Of a DNA stretch of 64,000 bases, positions 24,201-38,066 are shown piece after piece (within the stretch, counting starts at the first letter, position 1; every line of letters begins with the position of its first letter). The DNA is from Oikopleura dioica (Eukaryota; Animalia; Chordata). Location of the stretch: contig OU015566.1 of NCBI GenBank assembly GCA_907165135.1, positions 8,184,001 through 8,248,000 of the forward strand. Reading direction: 5' to 3'. The position numbers and the translations under genes are program-made. Under the pieces are notes generated by a model, which saw nothing but the letters and a program-made list of their open reading frames with translations, was not told the DNA's origin and did no database searches.

Positions 24201-27200
24201 AGAGGAATCCGTGGGTGTGCGAGTTGTTAGGGATCTTTTGGTAGCATGAGACGCCATCCAAAGCTTGGAAATAGATCCAATCAAAGTTCTAAAGAGATTT
24301 AACCTGTGCTTTTCATATATTCATCTTACGTCATAGTACTTGTCTCCAGTAAAAGTTGCATCTGTTGAGCAGTTTTTAACACAGACGGGATCAAAAATGG
24401 TCTGTATACAAAATTCCTCAACGAGAAGACCGGAAAAGACCTTATTCAAAAAGAAAATCGCCGCTGCGAAAATAAAACAAAACAGGAGTTTGACCATGAT
24501 TTTCCAAAGGGATGAGTGTCGACGAACCCACATAGGCACAATTTGCGTCCAGACCCAAAGTGGAAACTCATCTCGCTCAGATAATTCCCAGTATTTGGCG
24601 TCGAGAACTCTCGAAAGAGCACCAATAAGTGGACAAATAATGAAAATACTGATGAATGTACCCCAGCTCCAAACTGCTCTATCTGTGTTGTAGTTGAGCG
24701 TTTCCACCATTGATGCAGTTTCATTAAAATACGGAAGCGGAACTGAGCCATTCTTCATGACTGTGTTCGCTTTGACGTAGTTGTCCTCCCAGTAAATTGT
24801 TTTGTTGTACATGAGATTCATGTAGGTCACTGTTTCGCGAAGACTTTCCAGCGACTGGAAATTCTGATCAATGGAGTTGACAGTCATTCGATCAAGGTTA
24901 TCCTTATCGTACTGTTTTGAATAAATGTCCTGCATCGCAAGCTGTTTGTCCCACTTGTAATAATAACCACCGTACGCATTGATTTCAACTTCAGCATGCG
25001 CTTCTAAGTCGTAACGGAACTCCGCCGGAGTGTATTTGAAAATATACGAATAACATTCCAAATATTTACGCTTGAAGAAAGGGTTGTTCAAGACTACCTC
25101 CAGTCCATTTTCGTTAATGGTATCATTTTTATAGCAGACGTTTTGCAGTGCATCGTTATAAATACAGATGTCCTCGAAACCAAACTCGTCGATATTTTTG
25201 ATGATGTCACCCATCACGCGAGGATGTGTGTAGTAGTCGTAATAGTGCGTTGCGTTTGGAACGCGCTCCCATTGATAAGGATAGTGAATGAAATCTTCTG
25301 TCGTATGCGTATGGGGCATGTCGGATATCAAAATGTTCATTTCGGCCGTTAGCAACGACGGCTTCTGACCGAGGGAATACCGGAAATACGTATCTGTGTA
25401 CAACGGGAAGGTGTTGTCAATCATGTAGACGTGCTCACTAGCATCGTACAAGTAGAAGCCATTCTCCCTGTAAAAAGCGATACCACAAAGCAAAAACATC
25501 CAAGTGACGATTTCGACTACGGTTCCATAGACAAGAGTCATGATCGTCTTTAGTGAAACTTTGTCTTTTGGTGTGAGTAGACCAACGTGCATTTCGAGGA
25601 AGTTGAGCTGGATGACGCCTTGATAGATACCGTACTTCATTCGGATGTCGTATGAAATCCATTTTTGCTTGAAAGACTTTACGTAGAGAGAGATCATGTT
25701 GATGATCATAGTCAACATCGGCACAAATATAAAGAGGAGGATACCCATGAGAACATAGAGCTTCTCTCCTTTCTTCTCCATATCAACTCGTTTCCATTTC
25801 CATCGTTCATCTCGGAAACCAATGTGAAGAATCAAAAACCCAATTACCGAACCCATCAAAATCGACATCGTAATGTGAACTAATCGGAGAAACTGGCTGA
25901 CGAATGACATTGGTCGACCACGACGGAAAATGTGCAGCATATTCGCCGAATCGAGAATTGTACTGAAAATTGTCCACGCATCAAGCAATCCTGAGATAAT
26001 GATCCAAACTCGTTTGCCGACAAAGATGAAATAAGTAGAAAGCGGGACGGAGGTGATATCCTGGTTTTGATGGAAGTAAATGAAGATCAACATACAAAGC
26101 TTGTAAGTTAGTTGGGTACTCTGTTCCATACCGATTTCTCGGAGTTTGAAATGGATCAAAGAAATACCTCCATAAGCTCTGACGTTCTTACTTTCTTCGT
26201 CATCTCCGACTGTTGTCATTTGATCCACGAGTTTGACTTTTTCATAGCACTGCAACATGACAGACGTAATGCACCCTAGCGCAATGACAGCACAGATAAC
26301 AGGGACCCTTATGAACGGATTGTCAGGAAGTTCGCGCATCAGTTGTTCCTCAACGTCGTTAGGACGAATCATCGCAAACATAATTTGGAAAGACGGAACA
26401 ACAATAACGTTAAAAGCAACAGCAAGACCAACAGCCTTTTCAAAACCCAAGTTAGAGCTCAAAAAAAGATATGCGGAGAAAATATCAGCGGACAAATCAA
26501 TGAATGGCAAAATAACGGCAAAGTATTGCATATTAGTTTGCATTTTCGACATTGCAGATGGACTCTGGACTAATCCAGAAGCGTTGAAGTTGCTGATCGC
26601 CCATTTCGGATACTCAGTTGTAACTCCCACTGTATCATAATTGTCGAAAGGAGACACAGTTTCTTCAATAAGCTCGGGTAACGCAGACTTATCGAAAATA
26701 AAAGGTGTGGAGCTATCCAAAAGTCGTTTGTAGTGTTCTTGCTGTTTCTTTCTAAGCTGAGCCGCCTCTTCTTCGGGAGAAAGACCTGTTTCTTCATCTA
26801 TTTCTTCTTTTACCTTTTTGCTGCCTTTGCTTTTCTTTGAAAGAAGAGAAAAGTTGGTGAACATTCTCTTTTGAGCTTCTTGATCTTCTCTCTCCTTTGC
26901 ATCGGCAGGAGTTTCTGAGGGATCCGACTTCTTATCATCTTCATTATCCTCATCTGATTCTTCTTCTTCATCATCATCATCATCTGACTCCTCGTCTTCG
27001 TCGATAGGAGTGATCGACTCAGTATCCTTGGATCGACTGGTAGTTGGTTCATCTTCATCATCTGACACTGGAGTGATCTCTTCTTCTGATCTCGATTTGG
27101 AAGGAGCTCGTTTTATCTGAGTGCTTCCCTGAGAAATGTTGTCGCCATCACTCTGAGCTGATGAACCAGCCTCTGTTGAGCCAGCTTCTGTCTTTTCCTC

Positions 27201-27488
27201 TGACGATTTTTCCTTGTATGGTGGTGGGTCCTCTTTCGGATAAGACGGAGGTTTCCCTTCAGAAGAAGGTTGCTCCGATGATGGAGCCTCCTCACTGACC
27301 TCACTACTCGCATTTACTAATAAGTCTTCATCAATATACTATTACCTTTCTGGACCATCAGCAATTGAAGGGATGTCATTATCATCTTGCTCATCATCTA
27401 CCTCTGGCTGTCGCTTATCAGTCTCTAAGTCATCTGGAACTGGATCCTTCCCCTCTGTCGGGTCAACTTTCGACTTAGAGTTGCCCAT
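21206..27488 (-). CDS. XK-related (XKR scramblase family-like) multi-pass membrane protein with a long extracellular C-terminal extension (C-type-lectin-like segment and kringle domain); roughly 1,800 aa
   Basis: The 915-aa ORF 24321-27068 has XK-like segments (KLREIGMEQSTQLTYKLCMLI; RPMSFVSQFLRLVHITMSI; GIYQGVIQLNFLE; LVYGTVVEIV). In-frame GT-AG introns join it to the ORFs 23872-24261, 23606-23821, 22881-23501 and 22416-22622; the links onward to 21804-22073 and 21310-21732 are less clean. The last exon has a kringle pattern (C..HMGDGQNHTMMGKPCIEW..HNYCSNFDNDIGTWCFIEGGGWDYC). Start MGNSKS at 27488. The 3' end is either 21310 or 21206. Confidence 0.7.
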
Positions 27489-27962
27489 TTTTAGTTAATA
27501 AAAACGGCGACTGAGCCGATGCGAAACGAGCGAGGAGCAGTTTCCTCAAAAGTCAACCGTAGAAAGGATTAGAATCGACATTTCGTTCAAGCAGTTTCAA
27601 CCGAGGTCGTAAAATATTTTTTTTGAAATCTTTTCTCCAGAAAACTCTTTACTCACTGTAATTTTGGGTAATCGGAGAATGATCACTTGAAGGGCAATTT
27701 TTTATTTTCACCGATTTTAAAATCAACAGTAGAAAAAATAGAAATAAACATTATCAGTATCGCTGGCGTCGAGGTCGATTATTAGGTCTTTGACTGCTGA
27801 AATATTCGAATTATTACAGTAATTCGTTCCTTTTACCTTGATTGCTGCGACGTTACAACCTCCACAGGAACCTGCATAAACCCGGTTTGAAAATTCGGAT
27901 CTTGAATCGCAGTATTTACGGGCACGCCTAAACTCAATTTAATAAAAGTACCGAAGAGGATC

Positions 27963-30729
27963 TTAACCTGGATGGAGACCAGCATTCGTTGCGTGATGGT
28001 TTTGAATTAATCGCTCTAAGCGAGTGACAACTTCGTAGTCTTTTTATGCTTAGAATTAGAATTAGCATCTATTATTGAAAAATATCACAGATTGCGACAA
28101 AAAACGGAATGGAATGATAGTATTTATAAACATTCCTGGGACAGCAAGTCTTGAGACATCAAGGCCAAGCATTCTAGCAACAACTTCGCGGAATTCAACG
28201 AGCTAATTAAAAACTTTTAGATGCAATGAGAGATATTAAAATCACCATTTTTTCGCGAGCGATGGCGTCATCAAGAGCTTTCTTTGTTGTCTGCAAGTCT
28301 GAGGTAAGAGCTTGTAAGTGTGTTTGCAGTGTTCCCCGCTCCGAATCAGCTGAATGCGACGAAAGCTTCAGTTCGTCTTTCAGCTCCTGAAATCATCGAT
28401 AAATTTGTTGAGAAAACTCTTTGCTCAACCTGAATGTGCTGTTTTTGCCTATCTCGGATCGCGGATAATTTCTCAACAGCTGTTTTGGCCTTTTCAAGTT
28501 GGTCGATCAATTCCATATTCGACGCTCGAAGTTCTCCGACATCCGACATTTTTGCTTTTAGCTCAAGAATAATTTGCCGTTCGTTCGCAAGCTCGACTTT
28601 CATTCTTTCGTTTTTCTTTTGCGTTTTCTAAAAAACACGGTTCTTCAATGATTCTACCAAAATGAACAACCTGAAGAGCTACAACTGCATCGTCTCTATC
28701 CACAGCAAGAGACGATCGTTGACCGGATTCGATTTCGAGGCGATTCATCTTCTTTCTCATCATCTCGATGTGCATTTCTTTGGATCTTACTTGGTCCCTG
28801 AAAAAAATTTTAGATGAGAGACAAATGAATGGCTCCTACTTTGCAGCTTTGAGTTGTCGCTTGATGGAGTAATACCCGGACGATTTCTCCGCAAGCTCTT
28901 CAGTATTCAATTGACCTAATTGCCGAGCTCGGTCGAGGAGGATATCTGTGGATAGCTCAAGATCACGAGCGGTGTCTTCAGATGTTACTTTCATTGCATC
29001 AGCAAGATCCTTATTTGAATTCGATTTTTAGAGAATCATAAAGTTTTTGTTTTATTGAGGAATAGAGATTTTAATCGAATTATATCAATTGATATTCTAC
29101 GGTAATAAAATTTGTCGAAGTTATCATAGTCGAACATTTCCTGAAGAAACGCATTGAAACGCTCCCTCTGATTCGAGAGCGTCGAGTTCAAGACAGATGC
29201 AGCTGCAAGATCATCCTCGATTCTGTTGAATCTGTTCTTATCTTGGTTATTTTCCGTCTCCAGTCGTTTTGCCCTTCGTAAGGTTTCGGTATGGATTTCA
29301 CATTGTTTTTCCAGTTGCTGAGTGACTAAAGCAAATATTTATCGATCATTATTTGACTATGAACGTAGTGACAATGTAGCTGATCAGAATAAATATTTGC
29401 GTAAAAGAGACAGAAATTAATAGTGAGTACCGGGTTGAAGGGTACTGCAGACTAGTCAAAGAAAAGACCTAGAGTTTGATCTTACCTTCAAGAAGCTTCT
29501 GCTCGAGAATCTTGATCGTTCTTTGGCTGCTATCTTGAGTTCCATACAAAGTCTTGACCCGATCGCGAACAGCGTCCATAGTTGCTTCAACGACAAGATC
29601 AGGCTTCGAGAGCATATTCGCCATGTTTCCAACAAAGAGATTTATTTCGGATTCCAATAAATTCTTTGCATGTGTCAATTCCGCAACTTCTGCAGCAAGT
29701 CCTTCTTTTTCCGCAGCGGCACCTCCGGTCTCTTCTTTTGCGGCTTCCCAGGCAGAGTTTGCGGCGTCTAATCGAGACTAAAGAAAGTTAAGCTTTATGA
29801 ACTGAAGAAGAACCGACCTTGAGATATGCGACTTCAGCTTCAAGTCGATCTTTCTCAGCGGCAGCTTCGATAAGGTGTTTATTCAGATCAGTTATCTCCG
29901 TTTTCTGATCATTGCTCGATGTTTGCGAATCAGTGATTTGGGCCGCCATTCGAGCAATTGTTTCTTGAGCGGACTCAGCAGATGCGCCGGATCGGTCAAC
30001 TTCTGTTTGCAACTAAAAACGCTTGAATTTTTTTTGTTGAAGAATGCTCTCTATTACCTGAGCATTTTTCGCCTGAAGTTCAATCATCTCTGATTTAACT
30101 TCTCTAGCTCTAGCTAAGACAACAGTAGTTGCAGCGACTTTATCTTCCTTATCTTCAATAGCAGCACCAAACAGCTCACACAGCTGAGTGACCATCTCAT
30201 CCCAGATTGTATTCATCGTTTTGCTTCCGGATTCAATGTCATTTTGTCCGCGTAAAAGATGATCCACTCGAGATTCAAGATCACGAACTCGAGCTTTTAG
30301 CCTTCGATTCTCTTCTGTTAGTTGAGTTTGCGCTTGATTATTGTACATCACAGGATATGAGTGGTAATTGTCCCGGTAATTATTTCCAGACGGATATCCC
30401 ATTGCAGATACAGGCCTCTGCCCGTAGTTGGGAATCAAGGGATCTCGAGGAACTTCGTGATAAACAGTGTGTTGAAATGTATTTGCTGGTTTTCGTTGCT
30501 CGATTCTTTCAAGCATTTCTGTCTAAAAATTCGGTTGAAGGAATCTTACGTTCAAGAAAAGAAATTACTCCTACAAATCAAAGAAAAAAAAATGAAATCA
30601 ACGAAAACTCTTATTATTTACCTTTCTTTGAAGTTCCGCTTTGACATCTTTCAATTCTTGCAACGGATCCTTCCTCAAACTTTCTCTCAGCCAATGCTCA
30701 TCTCCGAGCCCTATCAAATTCGTCGTCAT
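27963..30729 (-). CDS. CCDC170: Coiled-coil domain-containing protein 170-like
   Basis: Coiled-coil exons with SSLAVDRDDAVVALQ, ELKAKMSDVGEL and VEFREVVARMLGLDVSRLAVP|DYEVVTRLERLI, which match the remembered CCDC170 C-terminus (FREVVSQMLGLN..LALPDYEIIKCLERL). The start codon is uncertain. Confidence 0.8.
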
Positions 30730-32460
30730 CTTCTCCTGACTTCTTTTTAGATCTCCAAAGTTGATGCCGCTCTGTCTCTAATTTTCCTGAATCACAGCCG
30801 ATAGAACTGCTGATGCACGTCGTTAACCTCTTGAAACGAAATTTACACTTAAAAATTACAGAGCCGAGCCATTTAGTTTAGTTGCTGTCGATATTTTCCT
30901 TCCGCGTTGCCCAGACGACGGCGCTTCAGAACTCAAAGACAATTCGAGCCAGCTCTAAATATTTAACTCCTTTGACTCTAAGGGAAGCTTAAAATCCAGA
31001 TCTCCTGCTGAGTCATTTTTATATTTTAATAATATTTCATCAGTAGAAAATGTTTTTCATCGATTAGAATAGTGGTCTATCTGCGGAAGATTATAGACAA
31101 ACTTCCAATAAGAGTTAAATTATGAGCATTACACGTCATTTTTAATAGGAGTGCTTTTTTGAGAGATATTTTGTTTTGAAAAACAAAAGAGTAATTTCAA
31201 AGTTCACTGAGCTAGGAATTTATCATCCCCTGTCAAATCGATTCAGGGAGTCTCAGATCCCCACTGAGATCACTCGTTCGAACCGAATTTCATTAGATCA
31301 TCCGTTTTTTGTACATTCGATACATAAAACAGTATGTAGTTTTAAATGAAAATTTATTGTTGTTCGACAAGTTGTCGACGACAACCAAGAAGTTTTTCCA
31401 TTTTATTGCAGTTTTCAAGTCGTAAAGCAGAAAAAGTGCAGCCCCGCCGGATTAATTGTCATGAGAATTTGTTTACTGAAAAAGATAAGTTTTCATTCTC
31501 ATGCTGTGCTCAGGAAGAACAGATCAGCAATCCTGTGCCCAGCTTATTTCCATCTTCAGAAGTCGGTTAAACAGCGGAAATTAAAATTGTAATATATTCA
31601 TGGCTTTCCGAAATCAGCACCTGGTCCAATAATTATCGGTTTATCCACGTGGGAAGCGCCGTCATGGTCCAAGAGTCAACCCTCCAGAATGCTTAATGCA
31701 CTCGTTGTCTGTCCGATACGTTCCAAAAATCGATGTCAATATTTTCTGGCTCTACGGTTAGGAAGGAGCGCGCCGTACGGCTCCCCATGGCGTGGCGCTC
31801 ACTTCTTCTTCGATAAAGAATGACGAGCAAAGGCGCCCGATAGTTCCCTTCTTACCAGCGAACAAATCCGTTAGACAATATTGTTTAAAATTTCATTTTT
31901 TTTCTATCTGACAGACAATTAAAAAAAAAGAGAGTGACTCAGAAAACAACAGCCATGGCGAGTAGTTATACTCTGGTGTCAAAGGAAGGGTTTACCTTAA
32001 TCCGTTCTGACAAATTTGATTAATTTACATGACCATGCATAATCTCCCTCATCCTTTCAGGAAAATAGATGATTAGGCATTCTAATTCTCTGTATTATAA
32101 GAAAATCCCTAAGCTCCGTCTAAGAAATAAGGATATATCGTGTCCATATATGCACGTCGCAGCAGAGCGGCCATGACGACTTAGGATATTATATATTATC
32201 GCATGCACAATCATCACCGCTGTCGCCGCACTCCTTTTAGCTAAGAGTGGGAAAAGAGACGTGAGAGAAACGTTAGTGACTTTTGACGTGATGGAAATGG
32301 GGATGAAAATGCATCGATAACTTATCGACGATAAGTAAATAGCCTATCATTCGCGTGGATAATTTGCATTTGAGCTAGACTCGTAGACGTGAAAGAACGC
32401 GTCGATTCCGTCGTTAATCAGCGGAAAGCACCTCATAAATAATTATCACTAATTAATTAG

Positions 32461-33160
32461 GAGGAGAATAATGATGATCTTAGCGAGAACATATGGCGGG
32501 CAACCCACCTAAAGACAAGCGACTCTTCCAACGATAATATGGAGATCAACGACAACGATGATTTTGACAAGAAAAAGAGACATTCCCGCGTTTCGCTTTG
32601 CTCGGATAATTTCAGGTAAGGAAAATGGGAGACAACGAGGAGTACGAAAATGTTAAGAATCGTCAATGGAAAAATTCCAGTCACACTCGTCGCCATCCAA
32701 ACAATCTCGCTCATGATTTTAGTGGCGGCAGTTGCTTTATCAGGCACGTGATTTCGAATTAATAATTTGAGCTGCGATCGAGGACTTCTATTAGAGCCCA
32801 CTATAAATTTTATAAGAATAACGGGGCTTCTTTTCTTCTCAAGCCGGGCCACTTATTAGAGCAATTTCTTATCCAGAGCTCGGACAATTAAATATGAATG
32901 GGAGTTCACGGCATATTAATATTGCGCGCTACGTGGATTGAATAGCAGCAGTGTGGTGCTCATCCCCGTTTGATCAATTGTGAGATACTGTAGCCTTGTT
33001 TTGTAAGAACTAACTGATTTATCTTGTCTGTAATTGCTTCAAAATCACGTCAAAGTCGCCATCCTCATAATCCCTTTCTGGAAAGTGGCGCAAATCAACT
33101 CCCAGAAGTCAATCTCAATCGGTCTATTTTCAATCTGCTCCTCAACAAATACAAGTACCA
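32461..33160 (+). CDS. Hypothetical protein, internal exons only
   Basis: An AG-flanked open exon at 32461 to ~32615 (EENNDDLSENIWRATH..DKKKRHSRVSLCSDNFR|gtaagg) and a further open stretch near 33040-33160. No recognisable domain. Confidence 0.25.
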
Positions 33161-33732
33161 CTTTTGCCTTTTGGAATGACGACATCGCGTGGAAGGTTTG
33201 TCACTGACATGAAAGATGCGCTCGATAATTTCGAGAAAAATTGATTTTTAAATCATTAAATCATGCAACTAATGGACCTCAAAAAGGCCAAAACAAGATT
33301 AAAATGCCTTCATGGTCGATATTTATTTATAATTAACAGAGTGCCAATGAAAACAATTTTTACATTATCTTCAGCTTGAAATCCGCGATGAGCCGAGCTA
33401 CATTTTCTTCGCTAGAACTTTCCTTCTATTTTCCTTCGTCACTGGTTTATTTGGCACGTTTCTGTCGATTCTGGGAACTGGAATGGTTTGCTGCAAGGTC
33501 AGGTGCACCTGCCTGGTGCAGTTTTTTGCCTCCGTCTTCATCGTTGCTGCTGGAGTACTCAGTGGCCTCACCGGTTGTTTATTTCCGATCATGTTCAAAG
33601 AGCCCGTTGACAACTCACAACAGGCCACGGACTCAAAATCGCGCGATTACTGAATAACTAAGTGCAGCTGCAAACGGATAAATAATTTTTTGATTGAAGA
33701 TACTTTTCGATCGATCGTACTTTTTGCTGCCA

Positions 33733-34520
33733 CATGATTTACAAGCACAAAAAAAGTTTTACAACTTTTTCGCTGTTGTCCTTTATATTGCCTCGTACGA
33801 CTAAATCAATACGAGTGCCTTCCGTTCCCCAGCTGTTTCTACTCTTTTGGCGCGCGTATTTTGCATATCCGAGTTACAGGACCAGATCAACCTCATCTTA
33901 TCCAAGGAGAAATATTTTGAAATCGATGAGCAAGTCCGGACCACCTTCCGAAATGGAATCTGCTTATTTGTGTGTTGGGGAGTGATGGCCCTGTATGCTA
34001 TCGGAACCTCGCTGTATATCTTCTCCGCGTTCTTGGTTTGCTCACCGAATTTAAAGCCGAAGAAAATGAGGTATTAAAGATCACGAAATTCAACATTTCT
34101 TAAGCTTTAATTTCGGATATAAATAAGGAGCGAGAGTTTTGTTCGAAACAACTTTCACTTCCGGATAAAAACGAGTCAACCGGATTTGCCCAACGACCAC
34201 AATTAAAAAAAAACCCTTATTTTGAATAATTCTGTAGAAAAAGGCTATTCCGAAAATGCTATTCAGATACACATCCGTTCAAACGATCCAGGAAGAAAAA
34301 ATGATCACGAAAATCCACTCCCGAATGAACCTCGTCGACCAAGGATCGAGCAACAATCTGGAGCTTCGTCAGCAAATGGTATTTTTGTCGCTTGATTTTG
34401 CTTAGACGTCTTTTCTTTCAGGTACAAGAACAAGATCAACATCAATGTCTTCTTCCCGGCGAGCGACATGGAGCGCGTGAGATTACGCCCGGTCCACCTC
34501 AGCAACAGGTACGAAACAAG
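33733..34520 (+). CDS. Hypothetical membrane protein, multi-exon
   Basis: ORF 33847-34077 has a hydrophobic segment (GICLFVCWGVMALYAIGTSLYIFSAFLVC), followed by short GT-AG-flanked hydrophilic exons. Confidence 0.3.
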
Positions 34521-35601
34521 TGAAAGTAACAAGGGCGAACACGAGTTTTTATATTAGAAACGAAAAAAATAAGCCTCTATGTTAACATTCGCAGAGGTCC
34601 AGCTAGTTCAATCCCTTAATAAAGAACACACTTCTTCTACGAGGTTCTTAAAAGCGCAAACTTCAGTCAACCAAAGTTTCGAGCGTCATTTTGGGTAGGA
34701 AATTGATCTTCCGTCGAACATGGAAATATCAGACTTGTGGATAGCTCGGAAGTCGTTTAATTGATAACAGCTTATCATAGCAGAGGAACAAGATGCCACG
34801 TGCGTACTCGCCGGTGTACCCAGAATATGTAGAAGAAATAAAATCGACACAGGACAATGTGAGTAATGGCTCTTTCCTCTATCTTCAAAGATTCGTGGTC
34901 AAAAGATTGCTGAACTTGACGTTGTCCTCCTTTTTAGACGCCGGCAAAGATCCCTAATCCTCCATCTATAAACCGCGCCAATTTCGACACTTCTTCGATT
35001 CCCTCAAGATCTCAGGTAAGCTACCGTGAAAGCACGTGCATTACATAGTTTTCTATCGATTGGCATTAGAATACCGAGGCGGAAATAAAACGCTTTCGCC
35101 GACGAGAGAGCGGAAGATCGTACTGTCAGGTTAATCTAATTGGATTTCGCTTTTTTTGATTTATCATGCATACGATTTTTAAGAAATTAACGCAACATGA
35201 AGAACAGTACTAATTTATACTTATCATAATCTATAATTTATTTTTCTTTTAAACCAAAGTCACTACGAGAAAAGTGGTTATCATGAAGTTTCATTTTGTC
35301 GTTCTCCAGATACAATTATTGACGCATGGCTAAGTCCTAAAGATTCATTTTAATTCTCGTTTTTTTTGTTGTATTTCGGGGCTTCCAGCCGAGTTATATG
35401 CACTCCCGTGAAATTTATCAGACCAAGATCGAACTAAAATGTGTCCCAATTCGTAAGATAAGCTCCTTGCCTTACCTTGCACCTGTGCGACGCGAATAGT
35501 AAGTCGATTATAAAATAAGAGTATTCCTGGATCGTTCCGAGTACAAGTATGATATCATAGGATTCGTTTATTATGTCAGTGAGGCGGGTATATTTTGGCA
35601 G

Positions 35602-36266
35602 CTAAAGCACAGTGATAATTTTGAAGTGAGAAAGGAGGAAAACTGCTGACGCAATGAGCAGTAGGAGGATGAAAGCCAGGAGGACCCAACAGCGGGTGTT
35701 TTTCTTTTCTAAATTACTTTTTGAGCATTTTTTATTTCCTCCGAAAAACTTACTTATATCAACCTCAACGCCGTGGAGGGCTTCTATTTCCGGAACCGTC
35801 CATCCCGTGTAAACTGACAAGTAGCTCATCTCATCCTCAGATCCGCGGTAAAGTTTCGTGGTAATTTTCGAGTCTTTAGCTTTCCAGCGAGGGAGTTTCA
35901 TGAGCATTTTTGCGCGTTGTTGTTCAGTTAATCCTTGAAAATCAGGTATTTTCTTCTTTTTCTGAAATCATTTTTGAGAAACAACATTTTTAGCATAAAT
36001 CGAACCTGATATTTTTCAATGCAAATTCGCATAAAATTCATTCTTTCAAAAAGATCGCCAGACTCGTCCTGTATATTCGGAATCGTTGTATTCAGCGATT
36101 TCCCAACTGGGATCTCGTCACAGCTCATTTTCGAGCATACTGTTTCGTTCAGTTGCACCAAGGTCATCGTGTTTCGTGAAAAGATCTGATACGGGTCGAG
36201 GTCTTTGTCTGTCATGCATTCTACGGATAAAATAGTCCTCTTATGATGACGAAGGCTTACCTTCAC
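35602..36266 (-). CDS. Hypothetical protein with C-terminal transmembrane anchor
   Basis: ORFs 35928-36266 and 35602-35907 can be joined by a short intron; the product ends CWVLLAFILLLLIASAVFLLSHFKIITVL. Confidence 0.35.
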
Positions 36267-37586
36267 TTTTTGTCTCGACCGGCTCGACCTTGTTTCTCGA
36301 CTTTTTCACATTTTCTGAAAGCAAAAATGACTGCGACATGTTCTCTCGATTTTTTCCAAGTTGAATCTGAGAAAAATCAACTGCAAAAAACTAATTCTAG
36401 AAATCTCGCGAGCACTTTGAGTTTTTTTCAAGTTTTAAAAAATTATATTTGGCCGAAAATTATTGAGAGCTACAGAGAGAAGTTCAGAGGGTTACAAGGA
36501 TTTATAATGTTTCATAGACATTGAAGATCCGTCTCAAAGAGGATGAGCCTTTTCTGATAAGACGTGTTACTCTTTTTTCTTATCCAAGTTTTTCTTGTAG
36601 CAGAGATAGGCGAAACCAGCGAGAACACCGACAAGAATCAAGTTGCACGCGTTCTGAACGTTTATTACTTCCAGGGTCAAGTGAGCTTATCTTCCAGAGC
36701 TTTCGGTGATATCATATCACTGATATGTATCGAAATAGATTTTATTAATTTCCTCGGGGATTTCAGCTCGATAAATGAACTGATCCGTAAAATAACCCTA
36801 AACATGCCAAATTAAAACGGCATGAGCGCAAGATTAAGATCCTTAACTCAAGTGTCAACACATGAATAATTCCACAGGGAAAATTTTTGCTAGAAGCTGA
36901 TGAACGGCAAATTTGTCGATTCCCTTCCGCCAAAAATAAAGCCCCGGATCGCCGAAATTGCAGATTAACGGCTGCGTTCATCAAAATTGATCCGTTTAGG
37001 TAAGGGTACTATTTTGGCTGTGTTGAGCATGTCGACAACGTGGTGAAACACTTTTTAGAAAATTTGCGTCAAGATTCAATTCATTTTTACTTATTTCATT
37101 ATGACGGGAGCAGCTAATAGATGTCTGTTCTCACCCAAAATATTATTACCTGATGAGTGCTTGAGACTTCTTTGCACATTTTGACGGCTTTGAAATGAAT
37201 CTCTTTCGAAAAACGAGAGGTTTTTTCAGTCTTTGGGAAAAGGGAGAGTTATTGATCGAGGTGAAAAACAGCCCCGGGTGAACACATTGATTCTCGAAAA
37301 GTCGTTCAACGGTTACGTAACAAGCTGCTTTAGGCACGCATCCAAAATTGACCCTTCATAAGCTATATTTTATACACTAGCCAAATTCTACTATTATTCA
37401 TGCAATAACACTAACTCCATTATCGATTTGATTATTGCTGAAAAATAATTATTCAAATATTAAAATTTTAAGACATTTCCAATGCAAAATGAAGGCCGAG
37501 ACCTAAGCAATCAAATCGACCAGATAATATCCGCAGACGTAAGTCAATAATAAACCTTTATCTTCTTCCTTTCTTTTTTCTCCTAG

Positions 37587-38066
37587 AAATACGCCTTTGA
37601 CCAGAACTACGGGAGTTTGTACGAGTACGACCGCGAAATGGAACGCGAACTACCGTCCAAAGCTGCTTCGGTTCACTCAGTCACGCTCGCTGCGACGAGG
37701 GAAAATCGGTACACAGACTCAGTAAGATTCAAGTCCGCATCGTTTTTGTTTGTACTGCACTTTCGCATGAATCAACAAGCATCAACCTTGGAAGTTATAC
37801 CGTATAACTTATACGATTAAGATATCTTTATCTCTCGCAAGGAAGGATCTTAATCGGAAAGATGTGGTACTACCAAAATGTCGTGATAAAATTCATCTCC
37901 AATTATACATCGCGTCAAGGATTGGACGTGTAGAACTTCCTTGAAATTAACGGATTTTCCAGACAACTGATGAGCAGCGTGTCTCAGATGTCTAGCGCTG
38001 CTGGAGACGAGGAGGAGGAGGATGAAGTTGAAGAAGCCGAGGTGCCTTTCATGGACGATCTGAAAG
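37587..38066 (+). CDS. Hypothetical acidic protein, two internal exons
   Basis: Canonical ctag|..|gtacac and ccag|..|gtgagc boundaries give KYAFDQNYGSLYEYDREMER..ENR|QLMSSVSQMSSAAGDEEEEDEVEEAEVPFMDDLK. Confidence 0.3.
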
